Assembly (NCBI GenBank): GCA_963778655.1
Contig: CAVZVA010000003.1
Location: 128,001 to 192,000, forward strand
Origin: an uncultured delta proteobacterium
GTDB lineage: Bacteria > Myxococcota_A > Polyangia > Polyangiales > JAFGIB01
Reading direction: 5' to 3'
Length of the DNA stretch: 64,000 bases
Part shown: piece after piece, positions 29,912 through 41,269 of the stretch
Numbering within the stretch: position 1 is the first letter of the stretch
Layout: every line of letters begins with the position of its first letter
Notes under the pieces: generated by a model
What the model saw: only the letters and a program-made list of their open reading frames with translations
What the model was told of the DNA's origin: nothing
Databases searched by the model: none
Position numbers and translations under genes: made by a program

Positions 29912-31462
29912 TCAGCCGGCCGCGGGCAGGTATGCGAGGAAGGTCGTGCCTTTGCCGGGCTCGCTGTGCAGCTGAACGCCGCCGCGGTGCTGCTGCACGA
30001 TGCCATACACCACGGCCAGCCCGAGCCCGGTGCCCTGGCCCAGGTCCTTGGTGGTGAAGAAGGGCTCGAAGGCGCGCGAGCGCACCTCGGGCCCCATGCC
30101 GGAGCCGGTGTCCGCGACGCTGATCTCGACGTAGCGTCCGCTCTCCGCCCACGGGTGTTGCGCCCGGAACGGCGTGTCCGCGGCCACGCCGCGCACACCG
30201 ATGCGGATCGAGCCGCCGCCGGGCATCGCGTCGCGCGAGTTGATGCAGAGGTTGATCAGCACCTGCTCGAGCTGGGTGCGGTCGGCGCTGACCGACTGAG
30301 GCGGCCCTGCGAGGTCGAGCTCGATCTCGACCCGGTCGCCCAGCATCCTGCGCAGTAGCGGGACCAGCTCGACCAGCAGCTCGGCGAGGTCTACCTCGCT
30401 GGGCTGAAACGGCTGTCGCCGCGCGAAGGCGAGCAGCTGCCGGGTCAGCTCGGCGGCGCGCTCGGCGGCCATCTTGATCTCTACCAGCGCCGAGTGCCGC
30501 GTCGGATCGCGCAGGGCGATCTCGGCGTTGCCCAGGATCACCTGCAGCAGGTTGTTGAAGTCGTGCGCTATGCCGCCGGCCAGCAGGCCCACGCTCTCCA
30601 TCTTCTGCGCCTGCCGCAACTGCTCCTCGAGCACGCGCCGCTCGGTGATGTCCTGCACGGTGCCGATCAGCTTCAGCGGTCGTCCGCCGGCGTCGCGCAC
30701 CACCGCGCCGTGGCCCCACACCGTGCGCACCTCGCCGTCGGGTCGCAGGATGCGGTACTCGCCGGACGTGGCCGGACGGCCGGCCAGCACCCCTGCGGCG
30801 AGCCCGCGGATCGTCTCGGCGTCGTCGGGATGAATGTAGCGGAACGCCGGCGCGGGCTGGTCGCCGTCCGTCGGCGGGGAAAGCCCGTGGATCGCGTAGA
30901 GCTGCTCCGACCACAGCGCCTGACCGCTCGACAGATCCCACTCGTAGCTACCGACCCCCGCGATCTTCTGCACCGCGCGCGACAGCTCGTGGCTGCGTGC
31001 CAGCGCCTGCTCGGTGCGTTTGCGCTCGGTGATGTCCAGGAAGGTGACGACCGCTCCGGTGACCCGGCCGGCGTCGTCGAGCACGGGCAGCGCGCTGAAC
31101 ACCGCCCACACGGTCTCCCCGTCGGGACGTTGCACGCCGATGGTGACGCCGGCCTGACGCTGCCCGGTCGCGAGCGCCCGGGACACCGGGTAGTCGGCCG
31201 CGGGACAGGGCGTGCCGTCTTCGCGCAGGGTCTCGGTGTCGAAATCCTGAACGTAGCGCTGCGCGAGCCGATCGAAACCGAGCCCGAGCACGCGCTGCGC
31301 CTCGGCGTTGGCCGACAGGATTTGGCCATCTGCACCGACGTGGACGACGCCCCCGGGCATCGCCTCGATCAAGGCTTGGTCGAGCCGCACGCCCGGACTG
31401 CCGGTTCCAGGTCGGTCGGGAGCCACCACGGTTACGGTGCGGGAGTCGGCCGCAAGCGTCAA
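29912..31462 (-). CDS. PAS/PAC sensor histidine kinase
   Basis: Two PAS-PAC domains, AGGIAHDFNNLL, NSRDAM, DTGSGM, FEPFFTTK, GTGLGL. No receiver domain. Confidence 0.92.
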   Translation of the reverse strand: MTLAADSRTVTVVAPDRPGTGSPGVRLDQALIEAMPGGVVHVGADGQILSANAEAQRVLGLGFDRLAQRYVQDFDTETLREDGTPCPAADYPVSRALATGQRQAGVTIGVQRPDGETVWAVFSALPVLDDAGRVTGAVVTFLDITERKRTEQALARSHELSRAVQKIAGVGSYEWDLSSGQALWSEQLYAIHGLSPPTDGDQPAPAFRYIHPDDAETIRGLAAGVLAGRPATSGEYRILRPDGEVRTVWGHGAVVRDAGGRPLKLIGTVQDITERRVLEEQLRQAQKMESVGLLAGGIAHDFNNLLQVILGNAEIALRDPTRHSALVEIKMAAERAAELTRQLLAFARRQPFQPSEVDLAELLVELVPLLRRMLGDRVEIELDLAGPPQSVSADRTQLEQVLINLCINSRDAMPGGGSIRIGVRGVAADTPFRAQHPWAESGRYVEISVADTGSGMGPEVRSRAFEPFFTTKDLGQGTGLGLAVVYGIVQQHRGGVQLHSEPGKGTTFLAYLPAAG

Positions 31463-31595
31463 CGCACAGGCCGTGAGCGAAGCTTCGAGTAGGGCGGCGC
31501 CTTACAAGCACGTACCTGCACGTGTGAACCGATCGATATCAATCATAAAGAGGCCCATTCCATGACCATAAATCGCGTAGTATCATAAATTAGCT

Positions 31596-34500
31596 ATGTC
31601 AGCAGAATATAGCCCCTACCCGCCTGGTAGCTCGATCGCGGGTGGCCGATACGTGCTCGAGGAGGTGATCGGCCGCGGCGGCATGGCGATCGTGTACCGC
31701 GCCCGCAACGCCGCCTCTGGACAGCTGGTGGCGCTCAAGCGTCTGCTCCCGCGCAAGGGCGATGACGAGCAGCTGTCGCGCAGCCGCGAGCTGTTCGAGC
31801 GCGAGTTCCACACGCTCGCCCAACTCGCCCATCCCCGCATCGTGGCCACGCACGACTACGGGCTCGACGGCGACGCGCCCTATTACACGATGGAGCTGCT
31901 CGACGGCGGCGACCTGCTCGAGCGCGCGCCTCTGCCGTGGCGCCAAGCCTGCGCGATCGGACGCGATATTTGCTCCGCGCTCTCGCTGGTGCACTCGCGC
32001 CGCTTGGTGCACCGGGACCTCAGCGCGCGCAACGTGCGCTGCACCGCCGACGCCAAGGCCAAGCTGATCGACTTCGGGGCGCTCACGCTGATGGGACTGG
32101 CTCCGCCGGCGGTGTGCACACCCGCGGTCGCCTCTCCAGAGGTGGTCCACCGCCAGCCGCTCGACGGCCGCTCCGACCTCTATGCGCTGGGCGCGACGCT
32201 CTATTACACGCTGGTCGGTCGCACGCCCTACCCGGCGCGCAGCTTCCAGCAGCTCTCCCAGCTGTGGCAACACCCGCTGCGCTCGCCCTCGGAGCAGGTC
32301 GCCGATATCCCCGCGGAGCTCGACGCGCTGGTGATGGACCTGCTGCAGCTCGATCCGCAGCTGCGGCCGGTGAGCGCGGCGGAGGTCAGCCAGCGCCTGT
32401 CCGCTCTCGCCGGCCTGCCGCCCGACGACGTGCTGCTCGTCTCCCAGGCCTACCTCACCACGCCGACGCTGGTCGGGCGCGAGAGCGAGCTGCGGCGCGT
32501 GGGCGGCATGATCAATCGCGTCCTTTCGTACAACAAGGGCTCGGCCGCGCTGGTGTGCGGACCCGCCGGCGTGGGGCGCTCGCGCCTGCTCGACGCGTGC
32601 GTGCTGTCGGCCAAGCTCGGCGGCGTCCAGGCCGTGCGCATCGACCCGGCCTCCGCGCCTCCGGGCCCGTACGGCGCCGCGCGCGCGATCACCGAGCAGC
32701 TGCTGGAAGCCCTGCCCGACGAGACCCTGCGGGCCGCAGAGCCGCATCGCGCGCTGCTCGGCGCGCTGGTGCCCGAGCTGCGCGCGCGCTTGCCCGAAGC
32801 GGGCGCGGAGGGCGCCGGCGCACAGCCGCCGTCCCACCCGCAGACCGCGCTGCGCGGTTTCCTGCTGGAGCTGGCGAGCGTCAAGCCGCTGCTGATCGCC
32901 GCCGACGACGTAGACCACTTCGATGCGGAGTCGCAAGCCCTGATCGCGCTGCTCGCGCACCGGGCCGAGGACCATCCGCTGGTCGTGGTCGCAGCGAGCA
33001 GCGGCGAGAGCATGCCGGACAGCGACGCCGGCCGGCTGCTCACCGAGTCCTGCGCCGCGCTGCTGCTGCGCGCGCTCGAGCCACAGCAGACCCACGCCCT
33101 GCTGGCGTCGATCTTCGGCGACGTGCCCAACCTCGCACTGTTGGTGCGCCGCTTGCACGCGCTCGCGGGCGGCAATGCCCGCGACCTGATGCAGCTCGCG
33201 CAACACCTGCTGGACCGCGGCGTCGTCTGCTATCACGGCGGCGCCTGGGTGCTGCCCGACCACATCGACGACGCGAGCTTGCCGGCCAGCATGGCTCAGG
33301 CGCTGCGCGCTGCGGTGGCGCGCTTGAGCGACGACGCACGCGTGCTCGGCCGCGCGCTCGCCCAGTGTCCCGAGCAGCGCTTCGGCGCCGACGAGTGCAT
33401 CGCGCTGAGCGAGCACGACGACCGCGCCCGCACCTTTCGCAGCCTCGACCAGCTGCGCTCCTCGGGCATCATCGCGCAGACCGAGGGAGGCTACGCGCTG
33501 GCCGCCAAGACCTGGGTCGCGGCGTTGTCGGGCGAGCCGGAGCCGGCCTTGCAGGTCCGGCTGGCGCGCGTGTTCGAGCGGCGGGGCGACGGCCTGCGCG
33601 CCGCGCAGCACCTGTTTGCCGCCGGCCGGGAGAGCGAGGGGCTCGACGTGCTGGTGGCGTTCGCGAAGCGCTCGCACCAGGAGACCAGCAGCGATCCCGA
33701 CGCCTACGTGCGCATGCTCGCCACATTGCCCCGCGAGTGGTTCGAGATTTACGCCACCGCTCTGGCCCTGTGCGGAAAGCTCGGGCGGCCCGCGTTCGAC
33801 AAGCACCTGATCGAGCTGCGCTGGGTCGGGCTGTTCTCGCAGAACGACCGTTGCAGCGACGGCCAGTGCGCGCGGGTAACCGGACGCATGGCACGCGACG
33901 CGGGGCTCGATCTGTACGCCACGCTCGAGCCGAGCCTGCCGCCCGACGTGCGCCTGCAGCAAGCCCTGGCCGCGGCCGCGCAGCGCTACGAGAGCACGCC
34001 GGAACGCGATCGCGTGCTCCATCCCAAACAGGCGATCGGCCAGCTCGCGCGCGCAGTCATCACCGCCATCGGCAACTTCTCCCGCACTCTGGACCTCGAG
34101 GAATGGCGGCAGCTGCCCTCGCTGGCGCCGCTCGCGCCGCTGTCACCGGCGGTGGCGGTGGTCGACCGGCTCGCCCGCGGGTTCGAGGCCCGCGTCAGCG
34201 GACGCTTCGAGCTCGCCTGCGAGATCTATCGCGAAACGCTCCGGTTGCTGAACGGCGGCGCCGGGCTCGATGCCACCTTCGTCGACAGCGTGCGCGCCGG
34301 CCTGTACGGCATCATGGGCACGATCGAGGCCGCGCTGGGGCTGCCCTCGTGTGAGCAGCACGCCGTCGCCGTGGCCGAATTCCCGCTGTACCAGGGCAGC
34401 GCGCTGGCGATCCGTGTGCTCGACAAGCTGTGGCAAGGCGACGTCGGCGCCGCCGATCAGCTGGCCCGCCAGCGCGAGCTGTGGCGGCTGGAGCAGTCAC

Positions 34501-35676
34501 GCCAGCAGGTCAGCGACGTGGTCACCGTGCTGTGGACGCTGCAAGCGCACGCCGCTTCCGACGACTTGACCCACACCCGCCACGACCTCGAGGCGATCGA
34601 GCGCACGGCCAAGAAGATCCGCACCTGGCAGCCGATCGCGAGCTGGGCGCGCGGCGAGTACGAGCGCATCCGCGGCGACCACGCCGCCGCGCTGGCGGCG
34701 CTCGACGCGGCCCTTTCGCAGCTGCAGCCAGGCCAGCACCAGATTCTGGCCGCTGGCCGCGGCCGCGCGGCTCAAGGTGCTGTGCGATCGAGGCGCCTTC
34801 GCCGAGGCCCGCGCGGCAGGCGACGGCTACCTGGCCGCGGCCCGCGCCTACGGCCTGGGCTACGTCGCCAACTACATCCACATGCCGCTCGCTTTTGCCA
34901 ACGCCAAGCTCGGCGACGCAGAGGCGGCCTTCAAGCACGCGCGCGCGGCCATCGACAGCTTCGAGGCGCTCGGCGCGCGCGGGCTCAACCTGGGCCTGGC
35001 CTACGAGACCGCGGCGCGCGTCGCCGCGTGCCTGGGCGACGCCGCCGAGCTCGAGCGCTATGCCAAGCTGTGCAGGCAGAGCTTCCTCGCCCACCCCAAT
35101 CCGGCGCTGGCCGCCAAGTACCAGCGCCTGGCGCGGGTGATGCGGCGCTCCGAGCGCGGCGTCACGCGCGACATTCCACCGGGCACAGTCGACTCCACGA
35201 TGGGGCAATCCCAGCTCGAGTCGCTGCTGCAGACCTGCTCGAGCCGGCAGGAACGCCTCGATCGCGTGCTGCAGCTGCTGGTCGGCAGCGGCGGCGCCGA
35301 GGCCGGCCTGCTCTACACCGTGATCGACGGCGAGCTGGAGCTGTGCGCGCGAACGGACCACGCGCACGACCCGCCACCCGAGATCGAAGCCGCCGCCGTG
35401 CGCTACCTGAAGAGCGAGCTGGGCGAGGACACGGAGGATTTCACCGCCGACGCCGAACAGAGCGCGGACGATCTGCACTGGACCAGCACGATCGGACACT
35501 GCTACCGGCCCCTGCTGCTGACCCACTACGGCCCCGAGGGCTGTGTGGTCAGTGGGCTGGTCGTGCTCAAGCACGACTGTACGCAGTGCGTACGCGTGAC
35601 CGCGGCCACAGCGACTCAGGTGAGCCGGCTGGCGGTGGAGAGCGGAGACCTGCCGCCACTGCTGATCGCAAGCTAG
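31596..35676 (+). CDS. Ser/Thr kinase + AAA/STAND-like ATPase + helical-repeat protein (apparent +1 frameshift at about 34745)
   Basis: GRGGMA, VALK, HRDLSARN, DFG; LVGRESE..GPAGVGRS. After ...QHQI the coding-like frame is that of ORF 34777-35676. Confidence 0.85.
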
Positions 35677-35796
35677 TACCGGCGCGGCTCGGCAAGCCCG
35701 CCGGGCCGCGCTATGCTGCGGCCCGGCGATGACGGTACGAATCCACAGCGTGGGCGCGCGCGGGCGCGGGACGCGCGGTCCGAGCGGGCGCGCGCA

Positions 35797-37605
35797 GTGA
35801 AGCTCGGGCTGCGCGGGCAGATCTTCGTCGCGTCACTGGTGCTGATCGCCGTCGCGGTGATCACCGCGGACGCGTATCTCAGCGGGGCCCTCTACGACGA
35901 CGTGATCGCAAGGTCGCGCGCTGAGTTGCTGCCGCGGCTGCTGCTGATCGAGGGCGAGGTCTCGGCGTTCGGCGCGCCGCTCGACGATCGTCGCGCCTGG
36001 GATGCGCTGGCCGACGAGCTCGGACGGCGCGCCGAAGGCCGGGTCTCGCTGGTGCGCGAGGACGGCTGGCTGCTGGGCGACTCGGCGCTCGACCAGGCCG
36101 CGCTCGGACGCCCGGAAAATCGCCCGCACGGCCCGGAGCTGGAGCAGGCGCTCGCCTCCGGGCGTGGCTCGAGCCTGCGCTTCGACGCCGCGGCGCGCGG
36201 CCGGATGTTGTACGTGGCGGCGCCGTTTCACCGCAACGGACGGGTCGCAGGCGTCGCCCGCCTGGGCGCGGGGCTCAAGGCCGCGGACGAGGCGGTCTCG
36301 CGGCTGCACGGCTTGCTGCTGTTGGCCAGCGTCGCGGCGCTGGTGGTGGCGGTGCTGATGGCGAGCCTGGCTGCGCACTTCATGTCGCGCACGGTGCGCG
36401 GGCTGACCTCGGCGGCCCAGCGCATGGCGGGCGGCGATCTGGCGGTACGCACGCGGCCGGCCGGCAACGACGAGCTGGCCGAGCTCGGACGCGCGCTCGA
36501 CCAACTGGCCGCCAACCTGGAGCGCGCGTTAAGCGAGCTGCGCAGCGAACGCGATCTGCTCAGCCGCGTGCTGCAGGGCATGCGCGAGGGCGTGCTGCTG
36601 CTCGATCGCGACGGTCAGGTCGCGCTCGCAAATGCGGCGCTGCGCGAGATGCTGCTGCTCGGACCCGACGTGGTGGGCAAGTCGCCGCTCGAGGTGATCC
36701 GCAACGCCGAGCTCAAGCATATGCTCGACGAGGCCGAGGGCGCCGCGGAGATCGTGTCGGGCGAGATCGAGATCGGCGACCTCAAGCCGCGGCGCATGCT
36801 GGTGCACGCCGCGGGCCTGCCCGGCGAGCCCGGCGGGCTGCTGGCGGTGTTCGTCGACGTGACCGATCTGCGGCGGCTGGAGACGATCCGGCGGGACTTC
36901 GTCGCCAACGTCTCGCACGAGCTGCGCACTCCGGTCGCGGCGGTGCGCTCGGCGGCCGAGACCCTGCGCGGCGCGCTCGACAGCGATCCCGCAGCGGCCC
37001 ATGAGTTCATCGACATCATCGAGCGCCAAGCCCAGCGCCTGCAGGATCTGGTCGAGGACTTGCTCGATCTGGCACGGATCGAGTCGCGCCAGCTGAGGCT
37101 CGATGTCGAGCCGGTGGTCCTCTCGCAGGTCGCCGGCCACATCCTGTCGCTGTTCCGCGAGCGCGCACAGGCCAAGCGCATGCGCCTGCGCGCGGAGATT
37201 CCCGAGGCGCTGCCGCCGGTGCGCGCCGATCGCCGCGCGCTCGAGCAGATCCTCTCCAACTTGGTCGACAACGCGATCAAGTATGGTTCCGATGGCGCTG
37301 CGATCACGGTCGCGGCGACGCCGCAGGACGACATGTTGCGGGTATCGGTCGCGGACACCGGTCCTGGCATCGAGGCCAAGCACCTGCCGCGCCTGTTCGA
37401 ACGCTTCTACCGCGTGGACGCGGGACGTTCGCGCGAGCTGGGCGGGACCGGCCTGGGGTTGTCGATCGTCAAGCACATGGTGGAGGCGATGGGCGGGCAG
37501 GTCAGCGTCGAGACCGCTCCCGGCGCGGGCACGACCTTCGCGTTCACCCTGCCCGCCGTGGGTGAAGGCGCTACCACGAGCTCGCCCGTGGAGCTGTTGG
37601 CCTGA
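35797..37605 (+). CDS. phoR: PhoR-like sensor histidine kinase (HAMP-PAS-HisKA-HATPase)
   Basis: RRDFVANVSHELRTP, NLVDNAIKY, RLFERFYRVD..RSRELGGTGLGLSIVKH. Confidence 0.8.
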   Translation: MKLGLRGQIFVASLVLIAVAVITADAYLSGALYDDVIARSRAELLPRLLLIEGEVSAFGAPLDDRRAWDALADELGRRAEGRVSLVREDGWLLGDSALDQAALGRPENRPHGPELEQALASGRGSSLRFDAAARGRMLYVAAPFHRNGRVAGVARLGAGLKAADEAVSRLHGLLLLASVAALVVAVLMASLAAHFMSRTVRGLTSAAQRMAGGDLAVRTRPAGNDELAELGRALDQLAANLERALSELRSERDLLSRVLQGMREGVLLLDRDGQVALANAALREMLLLGPDVVGKSPLEVIRNAELKHMLDEAEGAAEIVSGEIEIGDLKPRRMLVHAAGLPGEPGGLLAVFVDVTDLRRLETIRRDFVANVSHELRTPVAAVRSAAETLRGALDSDPAAAHEFIDIIERQAQRLQDLVEDLLDLARIESRQLRLDVEPVVLSQVAGHILSLFRERAQAKRMRLRAEIPEALPPVRADRRALEQILSNLVDNAIKYGSDGAAITVAATPQDDMLRVSVADTGPGIEAKHLPRLFERFYRVDAGRSRELGGTGLGLSIVKHMVEAMGGQVSVETAPGAGTTFAFTLPAVGEGATTSSPVELLA

Positions 37606-37656
37606 TCAGCGTCCGCCGGCGGCACAGTAACGACTGGACAACCGTCAGGGCGGGCT

Positions 37657-37672
37657 TGGCGCGCGCCTTGCA
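37657..37672 (+). promoter_or_regulatory. Sigma-54 (-24/-12) promoter
   Basis: TGGCGC-GCGCC-TTGCA with GG and GC exactly 12 bp apart, about 50 bp before the next gene. Confidence 0.6.
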
Positions 37673-37720
37673 CGGAAAGCCTGCGCCCGGCGCGCTGGGC
37701 GCCGGCAAGCCAGGAGAAGG

Positions 37721-38698
37721 GTGATGCTCGTGACGCTGAAAACATCCATGTCCCTGCGCGGCTCGGGATGGCGCCTCTGGGGCGCGGCCGCAGTGGCGCT
37801 GGCGGCGTTCGGCAGCGGGCGGGCGCACGCGATGCCATGCAGCGCCGACAGCGACTGTCCTGCCTATTTCACCTGCGAAATCGTGGGCACCACGGCGTGC
37901 GCGGCGACCCCGGCCTGCCCGCCGGGTCAATCCTGTCCGGCTACCCCCTGTCGGCCCGCCGACATCCGGGCGTGCCGCTCGCCGGCGTGCGCGAGCGACG
38001 GCGACTGCCCCACCAACATGGTGTGCTACGCGCAAACCACCCAGCAATGCGAGGCCCAATCGGCATCCCCATTCGTGGACGCTGATGCGGACGGCGGGGA
38101 GTCCCGCTGTACGTCGCGGAGCGTGCGCAGCTGTGTGCCCCGCTACGTGCCTCCGTGTACCAAAGCCGCGGACTGTGGCGACGGCTTCAGCTGTGAGGAG
38201 ACGGTCGCGCTGAGCTGCGGCGGCGCCACGAGCGACGCGGGCGCCGGCTCGCTGGACGCAGGCGCGGGCGCTCAGTGCAGCTCGATGCGCACGGGGCAGT
38301 TCCGCTGCCAGCTCGAGGAGCTGGCCTGCAGCAGCGCGACCGACTGCCCGCAGGGCTTCAGCTGCGACAGCAACCCAGCGCTGCCCGAATGCGGGTCGGC
38401 AGCCAGCGACAGCGGAGACGACGGCGGTGCGCCCGCGGACGCCGGCAGCGCGTGCAGTGGCATGCCCGAGCGGGTGTGCTTGCCGCCGTACTACGGGGTC
38501 GACTTCGCCCAGGGCCTGGCCAGCGGTGCGCACAAGCCATTGCTGCCGCGGGCCGGGGGCAATCGCTACGTGCGGCGGCGGGGCAGCGGCTGCGGGGTGG
38601 CGGCCGGCGATCCCGCGGGCGCGGGCGGCACCGGCTTCGAGCTGGCGTGGCTGGCGCTGGCGGTGCTCAGGCTGCGGCGACGGGCGCGCGGCCGCTGA
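37721..38698 (+). CDS. Cys-rich secreted protein with MYXO-CTERM-like tail
   Basis: Signal peptide, repeated C-x2-D-x-D-C-P motifs, GSGCGV...hydrophobic...RRR tail. Confidence 0.75.
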   Translation: MMLVTLKTSMSLRGSGWRLWGAAAVALAAFGSGRAHAMPCSADSDCPAYFTCEIVGTTACAATPACPPGQSCPATPCRPADIRACRSPACASDGDCPTNMVCYAQTTQQCEAQSASPFVDADADGGESRCTSRSVRSCVPRYVPPCTKAADCGDGFSCEETVALSCGGATSDAGAGSLDAGAGAQCSSMRTGQFRCQLEELACSSATDCPQGFSCDSNPALPECGSAASDSGDDGGAPADAGSACSGMPERVCLPPYYGVDFAQGLASGAHKPLLPRAGGNRYVRRRGSGCGVAAGDPAGAGGTGFELAWLALAVLRLRRRARGR

Positions 38699-38797
38699 GG
38701 CGCACGCGGCGAGGCAGATTGCCTCTTCGTGGACCTCCGCCACGACGGAGAGCAAACGAATGGAATTCGGAAAGGACTTCCCGCGAAGGCGTTGTCG

Positions 38798-39160
38798 GGC
38801 GACGCCGGCGCCGGCAACGATCTGATCGTCACGCTCGCGGACGGCAAGCTGCAGGGAGACATGGCGGGGGAGACCCGGCTCGCGGCGAGATCGCGCACGT
38901 GCCATACCTGCTCGGCAGCAACAACGACGAGGGCGTGCTGCTCGTCTACACGCAGCCGGCACCGGCCGACGACCCGGCCGACCTGGACGCGCTCAAGGCG
39001 CGCTTCGGCGACGCGGCCGATCAGGTCGCCGCGCAGTACCCCGCGTCCAAGCTCGACGGCGACTACGGCGCGGCGCTGGCGCGCGCGCGATCGGCGACTC
39101 AGGCCTGGTCTGCGGAACGCACGACACCGCGCGCCGCGCGGTCAAGGCGGGGCTGCGATG
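38798..39160 (+). pseudogene. Type-B carboxylesterase remnant
   Basis: IVTLADGKLQG abuts GEIAHVPYLLGSNNDEG and AIGDSGLVCGTHDTARRA in three different frames; catalytic core is missing. Confidence 0.65.
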
Positions 39161-39388
39161 CCGCAGACGAGGTTCCCCGAGCTGGGCGACTCATAGTCCA
39201 CATGCCCTGACCCGACTCGCCGCACGCGAGGCACCAGAGGACAGTCTGGACCGCAGGAGCCGAGTCGGCCAAGCTTGCCGGCTGGGACGGAAGCGAGCGG
39301 TCGGGGCAGCGCTGCGCCGACTGGGCCATTTCATGCCCGGCGCAGGCGGCCGGGCATCACGCGCCGGCCCGTTGCGAGGGAGTCGTGC

Positions 39389-41185
39389 ATGGCGTGGCGA
39401 GGGTTTGTCGGTTCGGCGGCGCTGCTGGTCGCGATCGGGGTTTGCGGCGGGTGTAGCAGCGACGCGCGCGGCGACGCCGCGGACGCGGGCACGGGCGGCG
39501 GCGGACCGGGCGCGGGCGGCGCGGGCTCGGCAGCGATCGGCGGCGCGGCCGGACACGGCGGCACGGGCGGCAACGGCGGAGGCGCCGGAGCGGCTGCGGC
39601 CGGCGCCGGCGGGATGTCCGGCGGCGCGGCGGACGCCAGCGCAGGGCCGCCGCTGGCGCCCGGCGATCCGGGCGCGCACGACGTGGCGTTCACGATCGAC
39701 AGTGGCAGCGGCATGCACCCGATCTCGCCCTACGTCTACGGGACCAACCAGGGCGATCTGAACGGCGAGGCGAAGGGTCTGACGCTCACGCGCGTCGGCG
39801 GCAACCGCCTGACCGCGTACAACTGGGAGACCAACGCGTCGAATGCCGGCAGCGACTACATGTACGAGAACGACAACTACATCAGCAAGAGCTCGACCTC
39901 GGGCCAGCCGATGAAGCAAGCGGTGAGCGACGCCAGCGCGGCGGGTGCCAGCATCATCATGACGGTGCCGATCGCGGGCTGGGTCTCGGCCGACGAGAGC
40001 GGCCCGTGCGACCCGCACCCCGCCAGCGACAGCGTGATCGCGCAGCACTTCCTGCCGATGCTCCCCAGCAAGGGCGCAGCCTTCGCGTACCCGCCGGACA
40101 AGAACGACGGCAAGGTGTACGCAGACGAATTCGTCGCCTGGCTCGAAGGGCAATTCCCCGACGCGCAGACCGACCCGCAGCGGCGCATCTTCTACATGCT
40201 CGACAACGAGCCCGACCTGTGGTCGTCGACGCACAGCGAGATCCATCCCGACCCCGTCACCTATGACGAGCTGGTGAAGAAGAGCACGGATTTCGCTACG
40301 GCGATCAAGGCCGCGGCGCCCGCGGCGCTGGTGTTCGGACCGGCGAGCTACGGCTGGAACGGCTACATCAACCTGCAGAACGCGCCCGATGCCAACGGGC
40401 GTGACTTCATCGAGTACTATCTCGACGCGATGAAGGCGGCCGAGGCCAGCGCGGGCACGCGCTTGCTCGACGTGCTGGACGTGCACTGGTACCCGGAGGC
40501 GCAGGGCGGGGGCCGGCGTATCGTCGACGACGGGACCTCGGCGGATGAGGTGGCAGCGCGGCTGCAAGCGCCGCGCTCGCTGTGGGACCCCGGCTACACC
40601 GAGGACAGCTGGATCACGAAGTACAGCACCAACGGCCCGATCGCGCTGATCCCGCTGCTGCAGAAGAAGATCGACGCGCACTATCCCGGGACCAAGCTGT
40701 CGTTCAGCGAGTACTACTACGGCGGCGGCGGGCACATCTCGGGCGGGATCGCGCAGGCAGACGTGCTCGGCGTCTTCGGGCGCGAGAACGTGTTCGCGGC
40801 GACGATGTGGGAGGGCTCGAGCATGAACGCGTTCATCTTCGGCGCGTTCGCGATGTTCCGGAATTACGACGGGCAGGGTGCCACCTTCGGGGACACGTCG
40901 ATCGAGGCGCAGAGCTCGGACGTGGAGCAGAGCGCGGTCTATGCCAGCACGTTCGCGAGCGATCCGACCAAGGTCATCGTGGTCGCGCTCAACAAGCAAG
41001 GCAATCCGCTCAAGGCCGGCATCACGCTGGCCCATCCGGTGGAGCTGAAGGCGGCCGACGTCTACACCCTCACCTCGGCCGGCTCGACGCCGATGAAGCA
41101 GACCGCGATCACAGCGGTGGCCACCAACGCCTTCAACTACGAGATGCCCCCGTTCAGCGTCTCGACCCTGGTGTTTCACCCCTGA
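39389..41185 (+). CDS. Glycoside hydrolase family 44 lipoprotein (endoglucanase/xyloglucanase-like)
   Basis: RVGGNRLTAYNWETNASNAGSD, LDNEPDLW..TH..IHP, DVHWYPE, LSFSEY. Confidence 0.9.
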   Translation: MAWRGFVGSAALLVAIGVCGGCSSDARGDAADAGTGGGGPGAGGAGSAAIGGAAGHGGTGGNGGGAGAAAAGAGGMSGGAADASAGPPLAPGDPGAHDVAFTIDSGSGMHPISPYVYGTNQGDLNGEAKGLTLTRVGGNRLTAYNWETNASNAGSDYMYENDNYISKSSTSGQPMKQAVSDASAAGASIIMTVPIAGWVSADESGPCDPHPASDSVIAQHFLPMLPSKGAAFAYPPDKNDGKVYADEFVAWLEGQFPDAQTDPQRRIFYMLDNEPDLWSSTHSEIHPDPVTYDELVKKSTDFATAIKAAAPAALVFGPASYGWNGYINLQNAPDANGRDFIEYYLDAMKAAEASAGTRLLDVLDVHWYPEAQGGGRRIVDDGTSADEVAARLQAPRSLWDPGYTEDSWITKYSTNGPIALIPLLQKKIDAHYPGTKLSFSEYYYGGGGHISGGIAQADVLGVFGRENVFAATMWEGSSMNAFIFGAFAMFRNYDGQGATFGDTSIEAQSSDVEQSAVYASTFASDPTKVIVVALNKQGNPLKAGITLAHPVELKAADVYTLTSAGSTPMKQTAITAVATNAFNYEMPPFSVSTLVFHP

Positions 41186-41269
41186 GCGATCGCCAGCGCC
41201 GATCGCGACGGCCCCAGGTTGCGAGGCCCGGCGATGCTCGTGCATGCCCGCGCAAGGGGCGCGCCCGGC

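Noticed and set aside
31500..31620. AT-rich patch as foreign DNA or FNR site
   Set aside because: Short divergent promoter region; only a half match to TTGAT-N4-ATCAA.
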